Below, piece by piece: positions 1 to 13,879 of a stretch of DNA of 64,000 nucleotides; the stretch's first letter is position 1; each line of letters opens with the position of its first letter. The translations under genes and the position numbers were made by a program. The DNA lies in the NCBI GenBank assembly GCA_037379345.1, contig CM074517.1:40537691-40601690 (forward strand), given 5' to 3'. Source of the DNA: Perna viridis (Eukaryota). The notes under the pieces are model-generated. The model had not been told where the DNA came from and made no database searches. It saw nothing but the letters and a program-made list of their open reading frames with translations.

Positions 1-916
1 CATGAAATTAGCAAATGCATGAACATGGAAAATTTAATGGATACAGTCCAAAAATATGGCAAAAACAGGTTTCTTTGGTTAAATATGATAGAAAAGATTA
101 AAGATCAATAAGTATCTAATTGCAATGAAGAGCATACATTTTTCATAATAATACCATTTTCTCTTTCGGTTTGATATTTTTAGCTCCAAGCTACCATCTT
201 TGTATTAAAAAAATAAGACAGAATATATTGCCACATCATATTGAATAAAATAGAGAAAAAAAATATCTCAGGTTTAAAAGGCCTAGAATGTAAAATAGAA
301 TTTCTTACTCATCTTCCGAGCTACATGTCCCATTTGTATATACATGTACTTTGTTTATCTGGTCCACACATGTATGTCAAACAAAATATTTCAAATAAAT
401 GAATTAAATGATATTGAAGTTCTTTTAAAAATGCAGTGGAATTATGGGGAATGTTCTATATAATGTTGAGTTGCAAAGATTCAGGTGATATTGGCTTTGC
501 CCTATGCTATTTACGGATACAAAAATCATTTAATTATATAAAGCCATCAAAACACATGGATATAAATTACAAAATGATATCAATGGTAAAACAAAATGAA
601 GTACCATGCTCATGCATTTTCAGCTACATATAACATAAACAGAATTTCACACTATACATTTGAAAGTCAAAGCTACTTTAAATCTGTACAATTCCAAGAT
701 TTGTTTATAATTTTGACAACAAATACCATAATCACAACGAAGTTGTCCAGGGAAACTTGTGATTATCAAGTAGCTTTGATTTCCGTAACAACAAAAATAT
801 CTGGTATCTCATGTCATGCTAAAAATAAATTTCAAGTCAGCTGTGGGTGTCACATGACAAACTACTGTCATGCCTTGTACAACATTGAAGTCACATGGGT
901 ATCACATGTCCAATAC

Positions 917-3900
917 CTGTGAACCAGAAGAACGTTTGATTGAACAAAGATCATCATATATCTTTTCTTCCTTGTCTCCATGCTGAAATTCTGCCTCATC
1001 AGGCATATCATGATCCCTAGAAGGAGCAAATTAAAGCATAGAAAAGACCCAGTAAAACCGCTGTAGATTCCCCCTGTACTTTTCAGTCAAACAAATATAA
1101 TGCCATTGATTTTCAAATTAATAAAAATACATATATGTACCAACATAATCAGAATGTGATCCTGTCTGCAAAATACACATTTAAGCCAAAGTCTTCCTGA
1201 CTGAATGTAGAGAAACAGACTTACGGACAAAAACATCTTTATGTTCAAAACACCCAACCCAACTAGCAGGATATCTAATTATGAAAATATGGAAGTAACT
1301 ACCAATCATAAAAAACGTACTGTAATTTTTAGTGCATTAAGAAAATGGATAAATTGAATATGCAAAATACATGGTGTACAGGGGTTGAATTCATTCATGG
1401 TTCATTCTTACATTTTGCGATAGATATCTATTATACAGCTTAAACATCCAAACAAACTTTATTTTCATTTAAGTTGGTATAGCAACTGGAAATAGTCAGA
1501 CCCTGCGAATTCTTTACCTTTCAGTTTAACGCCTATGATAAATTTGTTAAAACTTACATGGCCATTTCTGGCAGGCGACCATAGATATCCTCTTCATCTT
1601 CTGTAAAACGTCTGGAAGATTGTCTGTGACTAGGGGCATCAGTGGGAAACCCTCTGAAAAATGTATTGGCAATGTATGAACAAAAACACATAATATTTTA
1701 ACCATAGATAGAGTTTTGATAAAAAAAGATTTAGATACTCACATTACCATCTTCACTGAATTTTTAAATTGCTGTCCAAACCGCTCACTTAGTACCTTAA
1801 TTTATAGATTTTTAATTGCAAGGTTCACATATTCAGGTTATATATATATTTGACAGTAACATAAGAATTGATTTAAACAGCATTGTATAAGAATATTTGT
1901 CTTCAACAATCTTAATTTAACAGAGGCAAACTAGAAATCATTGAGCAGGAATTCATCTCTGTGGGCCCCGCCATGGCAATTAAGCCATATTTATGAATTT
2001 GATTTAGGTGATCAACTCATATGCTGAATATCAAAAGCCCATTTCAAAAGACAAAAAAGTTACAGCCTGGACAATGGTTTGTCATGGAAAAAACAGGAAT
2101 TTGACCAGGAGGTCAAAGTTCAAGGTCAAGGCCAATATTCATCTCTTTAAGTGTTCTACCCACATGCAAAATATCAAAGCCTACATCGAGAGCCCAGACA
2201 AGATTGGTAACACAGACGGACAACGCACGAACAGACAGAAAGTGTGATCACTATAGGGCCCTATAGATACCCTAATAACTATATACTGACTGCTGAAATG
2301 TTTACAGTAACATCAGTTTGAGACAGTTCAATACAAGATTGATGGCACGAAAAAAAAAAATCACCTGCTTAAATCAACTCATAAAACAACATTTAGCTGT
2401 CTGTGGAAATTAAATGATATAAGAGCACTGAAATTTGAGCAAGCTACATGTCAAATTGTCCATCAATTGAGATCTTCTTGTATTATAGCTGTCTTAATGA
2501 CTTATGACTAAAGTGCATGTACTTGTTATATAGGCAACTATAACTCATTATGTACACTTTACTTTTATAATACAGTAAAACCTATCTTAACCAAACCCCT
2601 TGTTGGACATAAGTATTAGTCTCTAAAAATCAGACAGAAAGTGATTCATGCATGTCAAAAAACCCACGGAATTCACTTTTATTTTTAATCAGAATCAGTT
2701 TCAGACCACATAATCAGCTTTTGGTCTTTCATTTGGGTGTTGCCCTTTTGAAATAAAATTTACATAGACTGTACATGAAATTAGCACTTTGCAAGAGTTA
2801 TCATTCTTGATTTTGTTCAATTTGTTTGATTTTTGTGGGAGATAAATGTATGATTTTCTGAAAAATAAAGATCTAAATATGGAAAGGACAACTGTTAGGT
2901 AAAAGATAGCATATGTAGATTGAACAAGCATTGTTTGTTTGGTGGGTTTTCCTTCACTGTGAATCACTTTAAAATAGACGGTGTCTAAATTTTATATGGA
3001 CTGGTAATTAAAAATTTAGACAGATGCATGGTTTACCAAGATACAAAGTGCAACTGAACAGCCATAACAGACTTTAAAATGTCTGGTTTTAGACAGGTTT
3101 TGGGATTATTCAGAGTTCATTTAAAACAGGTTTCACTGTATTGAAGACAGTTTTTACAGTGAATATCAAATCTAACTGCATAGCTACTAAAATTATGGTA
3201 AGGTTCATAATATAAGTAGTTACAACAACTTACTGTATTTTGGTATTTCTCTGTACTAGATCTGTCTTTGATAACTTTGACAAAGTATGTAAAACCTTTA
3301 AAAAAAATTATGAAAATTATCTACCATCATGCAATTACACAGTATACCGAGAAATTATTGTCAATGCGGCCTTTTTTATCAATTCACAATGGTTCAAGTT
3401 ATGAAAAGGAACACTACAAAAATGTTGCCAAAGACCATGAATGACGCTGCCACTCTGAAAAATCAAACAATTGGTAAACAGGAAGTACATGTAGGTATTT
3501 AATCAAAGTTGAAGTCTCACTTATCAAGCTCCAGTTGCAAACCAAACAATTTAAAATCACCCCTATGAGTAATTTCCAAGTATTTACATTACACAAGCAT
3601 TTTCTGTTTTAACCATGCATAAAATTGCACTAATCACAGTATTCCTAGTGTTAAAATATGTGAATCTTCCATTAAAAAAATATTGATGATACTAATTTAG
3701 CTAAATGGTCAGGGAGAAAACTGTAGGAATGGTCTTGCTTCTTCCATAGAGAAAAAAATATATAAATGCATATAAGGCTCTCCATCTGTAGCATAATATG
3801 GGCTTAATAATAAGACAACACTTCAAAAACTCCTTGTTTTATTTGTCTAACATGAAAAATAGCCACCAATATATTTCTTTCAAAATGAAGATTTTGAAAT

Positions 3901-6900
3901 TCAAAATAACTTATCCAACTTCCTAAGTGTTGGTTTGTGTTATTTTTCATGCAAACCGACATACAATTACAATAGTTAAGGTAATGAAAAGATATGATAT
4001 GCAAGAAAAATAAAATTTCCACATTTTTGCCTTGAAAGGTCCAAATAAAATAATGTTCGTTTCCTGCTACATTACATATCTATTTTTTACCTTACCCTAC
4101 ACATTTTATGGCAAATTTTGGCTCATGCACAATTGAAGTCTAAATTGTTTCCTATTTTCTTAATGTAAATATTAAAAAAAAAATTAAAATGATCTTACTA
4201 CCTCCATGTGCATACTGCAGCTTTTTCTTGCTGTTAGCAGGAAACAAGACTAGTTTTTTGTTTGGCCTCATACTTAACCAACTCTAATTGTACATAAACA
4301 ATGTACTTGATAATGACATTGAATTATCTTAATGCTTATTAAAATTAATCAAAGAATAAAAGTATCTGGTTACATTTTGAAAGGATCAGCTAAAGTTCTA
4401 AACAATGCAGTACACTCAAAAGTTTTTTGTAAGACTCTGTGACCTTACCTAAAATGTAATACGGTTGCGAGTCAGGGGTATGTAATTTTTATTTTCTGTA
4501 TACATGAAAATATAGAAAAGCAAAATTGCCAGTATGGATTCAAAAGTGCACTGGAAAGGAAATGAAATAAATGCTGAAAATTTATTTCACCTACATGTAC
4601 ATGTTTCACAGAATAAAACTAGAAATACTGTGAACAATATCACAAAGAGTATATGCCTGATTCAAATGGAGTTAAATGTTAAATTATCTCCTTTTGGGGT
4701 CTCCAAAAAGTAATTACATTTTCTTAAAAGAGTCAATTTCCTGCTACCCTACTGATATTTTCCCCCTACCTTTAACAATTGAAGGTCATCTGGCTTGAAC
4801 ACTGTAAAAATCTAGATTGTTGCCACATTAACTGAATGTAAAATATTTTTTAAAAAATAAAATAATTTCCTCACCTACCTACCCTATATACACTATTTAA
4901 ACTTGCAGGTACCAAGAAACAAGACTATTATTTTATTTTGCCTAATCCACACCTACATATGATGAACTACTTCAGCAACTTCTAATAAAATTTCTTTCAA
5001 ATCTCTTTTGCAGATTAGGAGCAGTTGCTCTTACAAGGTTTTACTTGTAAGACACTTATGCTGGATTATCCTCTAACAGTAGTTATATTCCTTCTAGCAC
5101 ACCTACATATCATATGATATGATGCCTAACTTTCATACAAAATTAAATCAAATATCTTTTAGTGGTTAAGGAAGAGTTGCACTTACAAGAACAGGGGTTG
5201 CATTTCAGAATTTTTTCCAACTAGATTAATTTAGCAAGTACTGAAAATTTACACTTGCTAAATTTAAGCTTTTTGGGTTACTTCTGGACTTTCCCTTCAT
5301 TACATACATGTACATGTATAGAATTCCACCATCAAATTTTAGCAAGTGGAAATAATTTCTACTAGCAAAATTGAATTTCAACTTGCATTTAGCAAGTATT
5401 TCCCCTTAAATTCGATCACTGAAGAAATGTGGACAGATGGAAAGAAAGACAAGCTGATTCATATGCATCCACCTAACTTTGTTTGCAGGAATATAAAAAG
5501 CTAAACTAATTTTTCAAAACTAATTAAATTTAATCTGACATGGTATAAGGTATATCAATATCTACATGTATCCTGTCTTTTGAACATTTGAACCAAAAAG
5601 GGAAACACTTTATTGATTACATGTTATGACATGTATCTTGGTATTCATTACTATTCATGGTACAATTTCAAGTTATCCAGGAAGTAAAAATACATTTACC
5701 TTCCATCAATAGATAACCTGTTAGTGTTTTCACAATACCAGGTTTAACTATGATCATTTTAATTTTTTTATTCAAAGCAGGAAATACAAGTTTTGTGACT
5801 TAGTAAAGTTTAAAATGCATCAATATTGTACACAATTATTTCGCCCAAGGTCAATAAACATGTAGTACTATGATATGCGATACTGAAATTTACAAAATGT
5901 ATAGCACTGTGCTCTCAAAAACCAAATGGGATATAAAAAGGAAATCAGAGGTTCATATTTCAAGAGTTAAAGGGCCTGGATTTTTTTAGCATCCTAAATA
6001 AAAAGTCCATCAGAACAAAGTGAAAGGTCCACAATAAGGGTAAACATAAAGTATCTTGAGTCCAAGTCCTATGAAATTTCAATGATCCTGTATCAAAAAT
6101 TGAGGGTTCAGGACCTTTGACAAGTGCTAATTTGAATTCCTAACTAATTAGTAATATGTACGTTAGTGTTCACTTTAAGATTTACAGATAGCCTTCTGGT
6201 AACTCCTGAATTTCAATTATAAGCATCGTGCATCTAAAAATTAAAGCATCACATTTGTAATGGACCCTACAGGAAGTTCTTTTTACGATAGCATCCTGGT
6301 AAAAAATAGAGCATCAGGACAATGTGATGCTACATGTATATGGCCCTGAGCAGATCACTGTATGTTTTAATATGGCTATGCAAAATTGTGATCATTTTTG
6401 GAGTAAGATATACAATGTACATTTGTAGATCAACCAATTACAACCAATAATTGGTCAATTACCATTAATCAATAGAAATAAATAATCATTAGATAATTTA
6501 AACCAAATGGACAATACTTTAAATGTTTCACAGGATGCAGCTTAATATAACAGCAGATTGAACTCTGAAAAGTGGTGCAAGTACGTGTATGATCATTACT
6601 GTCTTAATTCAAGTCAAATGCATACACAAATTTTCACAGAAAACCAAGTGTTTATGAACAAGATTGATGACATGGATAACAAACAACAGCACAATACCAT
6701 TATAGGACTGTCACCACAATTTTTGTGGCTGTATAAAAATGCAGACAAACATCTCTGAATTTGAATTGTGATTAAGTTACATTTGACAAAGCAGAGTTTT
6801 ATGGCAAAGAACTAATTCAGCATGTTCAAAAAACCAAAAAAACTCAATTTTTGTTGAAGTCAAACTGTTTGATTACAGACCCTTTTGACTTTTACTAAAG

Positions 6901-8901
6901 GTCTGGACTCTAGGTGGACAGTTTGAAAATAGGCTTCAAAAGACTTCATATCAAATCCCACTGAAATTAGTCAAGAGTATATCATCCGTTAAATGTAATT
7001 AGCTGTTTTTTTCCCCTATAACCCCTAACACATGAACTGATGAATCATCAACTACCCCCTTCAAAAAAAAAAACAGTCTTAAATCTCCTAAGATGGTGAG
7101 GTACCTAAAGTTAAAGTTTCATTCAGAACAATTTACTACAATGTATTTGCTTTCACTTAAATTTTTGCCAAAAAAATTAAATGATGATAGGGAACTACTT
7201 TTGGGGTTTTATTGTGAATATGGTTAAAAAATTGAGGCATCTTTTACAAACATCTATGAAAAAAGACCTGACCTGAAAGTCTAGAAATTATTTTCAGTTG
7301 CCCTTATTTACGCACCTTCCTAAAGTCTTTCACATCAAACAGATCAGGAGGATCAAACAAATCTTGGTCTTTCAGTCCAAATGTGTATTTACATGTCGAC
7401 AGGAAAGTCCTAATGTTCTTCAGACATAAAAACTGAAAAGCAGAAAAAGTTATTAATGTAGTACAGTGTGTTACATGAAAAAGTTTCTTCACTACAAGTG
7501 TACACACACATTGTATATATTATGGCTTATGCAGATCTAGCTTTATGAGTACCAATTAGGAAGTGAAAATTGACAAAATCAGAAGTCATAATACATCAGC
7601 AGGATTTGAAACTTGCCAATGGCCCTTAAATTTGGTGTGGGCTACTATAATTTCTACGTGATTGTACATATTTGGCTACCAAAATCCAAGAAGTGGGCTA
7701 CTAAGCAAAAATTTTAGATTAAATCATGTCAATGTATAATGTACATGTACATTCATGTAATAAAAAAAAAATATGATGATTTAATCCTGAATTTCATTCT
7801 GATGAAAATAAGTTTGTACATATACATATACATGCATATACAGAGCTGCATGTGTTTGCATAGTTAAGACTTTCGAACTAAATACAATAGTATTACAGTT
7901 AAAGGATTTTATATCTAAAATGCCTAATTTAAGTTGAAATATAGTTCTTTCATGTGCTTAGCTCCATATGTGATAATACATGTGTAGATTATTTTTACTG
8001 ACAAAATATGGTCTACTAAACCATGACCTTGTTTTGTTAACTTTAAAAATATCTGATGATTCTGCACATGCTCCAATAAATTGTATGGAGGCATGAATAA
8101 CAGAATAATTTTAATTGTTCATTTTTTTTCAAATTAAAGATCAATGTATTCTGACTATTTTTACAATCACTTTTAATTAATAGTTAAAGGAAAACATCTT
8201 CATCAGTTGATTCTTTTCTTAGTATATTAGAAATATTTCTATGAATCGAGCCTAATTTTACTTTCATTACAACCGATGTGACTCTGCACCAAAATATAGG
8301 ACTCAAAGACTGTACATTTGTACTTGTAAGACTTCTCTTTTTATCCGGAAAACACTGTGTAATAAATAACTATACACTCTCTCAAACAGTCCATTGTTTA
8401 ATAAAAAGCAAAATATTGTATAACAAATAATTAAATAAGGACTCACAGTCAGTAGGACTTGAACAGTGGAATAAATATAATGCCAAAACACAATTAGAAA
8501 GCTACAGAGTCTGAAGCAGGAAGTGAAACGTCAAAAATAAAAATCCACTTGGCTTGGTTCCAGAAATCTTTATGTGATTTCAATAAAATAAAATAATCTC
8601 AGTCATGAATAAAAACCATGAGTACTGACCACAGTTAAACGAGTTATTAGTTTAGCAGTAATCGTTATTGTTTAAGTTCAAATTCAAAACAAACCTGAGA
8701 AAGTTGAGGTCTTGGACTGAAGTCCTTCAAATCGACTGCATTTGCACTCAAGTTGTTCAACAAATGGCATATCAATACCCCATCTCTAAGAGCTTGTGCT
8801 AAGTCGAATGCAGCAGCATCAGGCCATGTGGCTTTGTGATCATCTGGTAAAATGCGACAACGAACTAGCCAGTTCGCACACTGTCTCCAATCATCCGCCA
8901 T
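917..8901 (-). CDS. VAV: VAV family guanine nucleotide exchange factor, first five coding exons (CH domain + acidic region); continues beyond the left edge
   Basis: Exons 8901-8695 ([12 protein letters not shown]...[14 protein letters not shown]...PQLSQ), 7432-7316 ([11 protein letters not shown]...[10 protein letters not shown]), 3295-3234 ([11 protein letters not shown]...), 1653-1558 (GFPT...EEDIYGRL), 1016-917 (...EEKIYDDLC...). All junctions are GT-AG and phase-consistent; the N-terminus matches the VAV calponin-homology domain. Confidence 0.95.
2571..3140. mobile_element. TA-flanked CAGT...ACTG MITE (Tc1/pogo-like) carrying an internal segment also found at about 32740-32950 and 56225-56530
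   Basis: Ends tacagtaaaacct and aggtttcactgta; internal aaaatcagacagaa..gattcatgca is shared with about 56230. Confidence 0.55.
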
Positions 8902-8904
8902 TTT

Positions 8905-9190
8905 GTCTTCAGAATTAGTTGACCCGGAACTTAACCTTAAATTCATTAATTATCTAGATGACACATGCTTACTTTTTAAGAAAAATCTGTCTTATTTAAT
9001 GGCTACTTTAAACCAATTTTATTTCATTTGTCATTATGCGAAAAAAATTTAATTTCATATCACAGATACGAAAACAATCTAAATAGCTTTACCTTTTATG
9101 TATCCTACTGTAACTTTCTGTTTCCAAAGCTGCAAATTCTTCCTGTTTCACTTCAATTTTTGACTTTTAGACATACACATTGAGGTAACG
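8905..9190. promoter_or_regulatory. Probable bidirectional promoter between VAV and RABEPK, with a candidate non-coding RABEPK exon ending at 9184
   Basis: Divergent genes; ETS-like CCGGAA at about 8924; GAG|GTAACG donor at 9184/9185 on the + strand. TSS not determinable from sequence. Confidence 0.5.
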
Positions 9191-10069
9191 TTTGTTTTAG
9201 ACAAAATACTCTATAGTGTTTCCAGTTTTTAAGTTAAATATTTTAAAGGTACGTCTAAGCGATAACAATAGCCCAAAATTAAATACACCACATGATTCAT
9301 GAATCATTGAAAGTGAAGAGAACAAGCCATTTCTTGTGGTGTCTTCATATTCCCATGTGGAGCATAAAATTTCCCGAAAGTAATGGATTTATACCAATTT
9401 CATAAGATTTTTTGTCTACCCCAATGTTGCACTTGGTCCTTCCCATTTTTTTGGTGGGTTGCTCCATTTATTTTGAAGTTTTGTTTCCTTGGGGATGTTA
9501 TTTCGATTATGGTTATTGTACATGTATGTTTAACTTTGTTGCGTGTGTCTGTTTTCTTTGTCTGGTCACTGTTCTTTGGTTGTGATCTTTTTTTATTACA
9601 ATTCTAGTCCTGGTTTTCCAATGTCACGACTGTACATGTAAACTGACATTTTTCATCCTGGTGGGTTTTTTTGTCGCTTTGACATATTCACCATGTCCAT
9701 TCTCTTGATATGATAATCATTCATGTTATAACCAAATTTTTCAACTGAATATTTGGTGTTCATCATCCATGAAGAAATACATAGAAAAGAATTTAGCAAA
9801 GTAATTAATAAAAAAAAAGATGTCTCAAAAGGACTAAATATATGTTGCTTATATGCTAAAATGTTTTTATATTCTAGTTACAATTTTCAATTCTGTCCCT
9901 TTCCAAAAAGTAAAATAATGTCTGCCTGCTACCTAATCTAATTGGATTTGAACCTTTGAATTTTTCCCAGTTGTAGATCTTACAATATCACTATGTGAAT
10001 GGGAAATATTATAGACTACAAACCATATGATTGTCAACGAAAAGTCTTGTGGTACATCATATACATGTA

Positions 10070-10320
10070 CCTAGCTCACCTTGAGTACAGGAGGTTATGG
10101 ATATACTCCTGACTGAATCATACCAAAAACTTAAAATTTGGTAGTTACCACCCGTCTTCCAAGTGCATGGCACATGAAGATGGAGTGATGACTGGTTGAC
10201 TCAAAATCAGATTAATGTGTCCATATGGGGTGACATGCCTACCAATGTGGGCTGTAACTTCTGTGACCTAACAAATATTAAAAATCTGGAGCAGTGTGTC
10301 TAGTTTAAAGCAGGGTCTGC
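10070..10320 (+). mobile_element. Degenerate core-domain SINE (Meta/MESC-like); reverse copy at about 30170-30300
   Basis: ccaaaaacttaaaatttggta...gactggttgactcaaaatcagattaatgtgtcc resembles molluscan SINE cores (recalled, not searched); aaagcagggtctg is shared in reverse with about 30174. Confidence 0.4.
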
Positions 10321-11348
10321 CTGCTTGTAAATACCTTCTTGTAAAATTACAATCAATCAATCTCTCAAATACTAAATGATAATTGTTAAATTCAATTTGA
10401 GAAGAGGTTAAGGAAAATGGGAAAAATAATATATTCAAGTTAACCCTGACAAAACCTAACCCCAGTAGAATGTTGAACTATAGCAAGGAGTATACGTGTA
10501 GTTAACTTAAGAGAATAGAGTTGATCTTCCATTGTTTATTGACAATCACCTGATGAACTTTCGTAGGAAATTAACTGGACAATTGACAAAGTGATTTATT
10601 ATGAAAGTACTATTGTTTGTGGGTTACTAATTTTTGTGGCTTTCATGGGAAGGCTAATCCACAAAATTTGGTGAAAAGAAGATTTCCATTGATATGTATA
10701 CTGAAAACCTCAAAACCATGAATTCAAGAATCCTTGAACTTGTGTTTCTTCACTATGCCATGAAAATTGGTATTCACGAATTAAAGTACTATCACATTAA
10801 ATACATTAAAGTACGTATGATTAAAAGGTTAAATCTCCATGATAGTTGTTCTGTTAACAACTTTAAAAAAAAAGATTTCATTTGGTACATGTTGTAAATA
10901 CATGTAGTCATTCAATCAGGTGAGGACCAGTTCTATCCCCAAAGTTAATTGTGTTGCTTACTGTAACATATTAAAAAAATGGTCCTATCATTTTGGCAGG
11001 CTTAAAATATTTAAAAAAATATGAAGCTCCAGGCTTGAATATACCTTTTTTTTATTTAACTTCCTCCATGTGTATTTCAAGTATTTTAGATTATTTCAGT
11101 TCAATTTGAAATTTCCTGCCACATCTATCATTGATAACAGGAAATTTTTGTTAGGTTATCTACTTGTTCATGTTGATTTTAACATTCCATTGACAAAAAA
11201 AATCAGACCTCTGCTTTTAACTAGCTGTGTAGTAGATAACTAATATAGTGTTCAATAACTTCCTGAATCACTGTGATGCAGCTCTTTTTGAAGTTCATTG
11301 ATCAAAATAGGTTGTGAAGTGCTAGAATTTATTGATACCTTTGTACCA

Positions 11349-11580
11349 TACCTGTTAACCTTTGGAAGAAATCATGTGGGAGATTCTCCCCTACTGACAC
11401 TGTCTCGTGTGAGTTTTTTTCGTAGACGCAAATTTCTTATGTAAAAATTTAATTACATGTATTTGGTATTTCTCACAGAAAATAGAGCAGTTTTAATAAA
11501 AAAAAAACTTCCCACAAATCTTACATTTTGTGTGGGAGATTCTAAATTTTAGTTGATTTTGTGGGAGGATTAACAGGTAT
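11349..11580. mobile_element. MITE-like element
   Basis: Terminal inverted repeat atacctgttaa / ttaacaggtat; internal tgtgggaga motifs. Confidence 0.5.
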
Positions 11581-13879
11581 GTTAATATGTTTACAGTCAA
11601 ACCTTTGATAGCAACCACCTATATTCATCAATAACCATGTCTTAAACATATGGAAAAACTATGATTCCTATGGAGGTAAAGACAATCTGTCTCTGTATAT
11701 GACCCTGAGTTTTCTCTTCCTTGCAAGGTCCCGTTAAGACCGGCTTGATTGTACATCTGTGCATGAATGTACACTTGGTTGTGTCCTTATTGTATGACTT
11801 ATGATGAACCCTGGTTGACTCAACCCTGTTTGGTAAGAATTGGGATTGATATTACATATGATGAGGACATAACTTTTTGTACATGTATGTTTAAACTGGA
11901 GCAGGTATGGTAGTTAGTTGCTAATAGTCCTTTGTTCATTTGTTTGACATATAATTAGTTTCTATATTACTGTTTTAATGGGAGACCCCAACCTTTTTGA
12001 ACTGTTTTTAGGCATTTTTAATTTTGCAATATTTTTTAACAGTGGCAAGATTTAAAAGGGGGATGGTTGTACTTTAACCCTGCTGCATTTTTTGTGCTTG
12101 TAACAAGTCAGGAATTTCTGGCCTCTGTACTGTATGTGTCATTTCATTTTTACTTTCAGTTTACTGTTGCTGGGGTATTCAGGGGTAACTATTTAGCTGT
12201 ACCTGTCTAAAATGTTATTTTGGGGACAGCTGCAGCCTGCTCTTTAGTGTGAGGGTTTCCTCATTGTTCATTGAAGACCCATGGGTGGCCTGGAGCAGAC
12301 ATTTTTCATCCTGGTGGGGTTGTTGTCTCTTTGACATGTTCACAATATCCATTCTTGTTATACATGTACTCAATAGTACATGTTTCGCATGATGTAATAC
12401 ACAACATAGTGTTTCTGGTAGTTATTGTCTGAGTATTCATTTCATATACTTGGTTACAGGTAGATCATCTATTAATTTTATTATACCTTGGTAATTTCAG
12501 TTTTATTATTCCATTAATTTATTCCTTAATTAAGGAGTGAATGGTATATTGGAATCACCTTGTCTGTCCTATCAAAATTTTACTATAGGAGTTGGTGTAT
12601 ACCCAGCATGGCAACACATACATGTACAATGTCATCATTATTTACATTCTGTCCTCATTGCCAGGCTTATCTGATGATCCTAGCCCCAACCAAATTGTTG
12701 CATCCTACAATTTAAGCAGGGTTTGAAGTTGTGGAAAATTTAAGAAAAAAAAAGCAAAAAATACATTTTTTTCAACAAAAACAAAAAACAAGTTGCAGGA
12801 TGCAAAGTAATTGAAAATACCGAAGTACAAATGTTATATCAATCACATTGTCTGTTCATCTGTCACATTTTCTGTAATAGATTTCTCAGCTTCAATGGCT
12901 TTTGTATGATTTGTTCAGTGTCTCTCCTTTCAAGATTCCTCACTTAACTTCTTCATGTTTAATGTACAACTTACATGTAGTAATTTTTTAAGATGATGCA
13001 TTTTGGAAATTTTCCACTTCTTTGGAGAAAATACTTGGATATTTGGTATGATGCTTTTGCATGATGACTTGTACTGTGTCTCCCCCTTTTCAAGTTCATT
13101 GCATATCTTCTTCCTGTTTATCATAAGACTAATTTTCCAGAAATAGTTAAACGGGAGTATTTTTAGCAAGAAGAAGTGTGAAACCTTCCTAAACCAAACC
13201 TTTTTTTTAAAATTGGCATGGTTTTAACAAGTATTTAGTTTACCAAAGTTCAACATACATTTAAATTTGTTCTCCTCAGACAGATTTTCTAATTATTCAG
13301 GGTTTGGTTTAGTCAGGTTTCACTGTACTGATAAAATCATGTCAATTTACAAGTCATTATGTTTACAGATGAATTACTTACATGTATTTGCTTACTCTCT
13401 GATATGAACATTTTGACATTTAACGCATGCACATTTTCTTTTTGTGTTGTAGGTGAAGAGGGGATGATAAGGTTGTATCAATGAGTAAGGCCAAGTCGTA
13501 TTACGACTCTCCCTACTACATTAATCAAAGATACGAAGATACATCATTGATTATATTTCAACAACAGCAGAGGAAAAAGAGAGACTCTCAAATCGGCTTA
13601 CATAAACGACGTAGCGTAACAGAATCCTCTGCCTCTGGTGGCCATGTTGATTTTGGTCACTATGGAAACACAGGTGTGGTTGCTAAGAAAAAGACCATTC
13701 AAAATTTGAAAACTGATACCAATCCCGTCCAATCAACTGTATGTAGTATTGTTTGATGTAAAATCTTTGCTTGCTGTAAATATTCGTGCTTTTGTATCCT
13801 GGAAATATTCATAAACATTGTGGTATATTTTTGATATTATAAGCTTTGCTGTACTGAACTTGACATATCAGTTTTAGGA

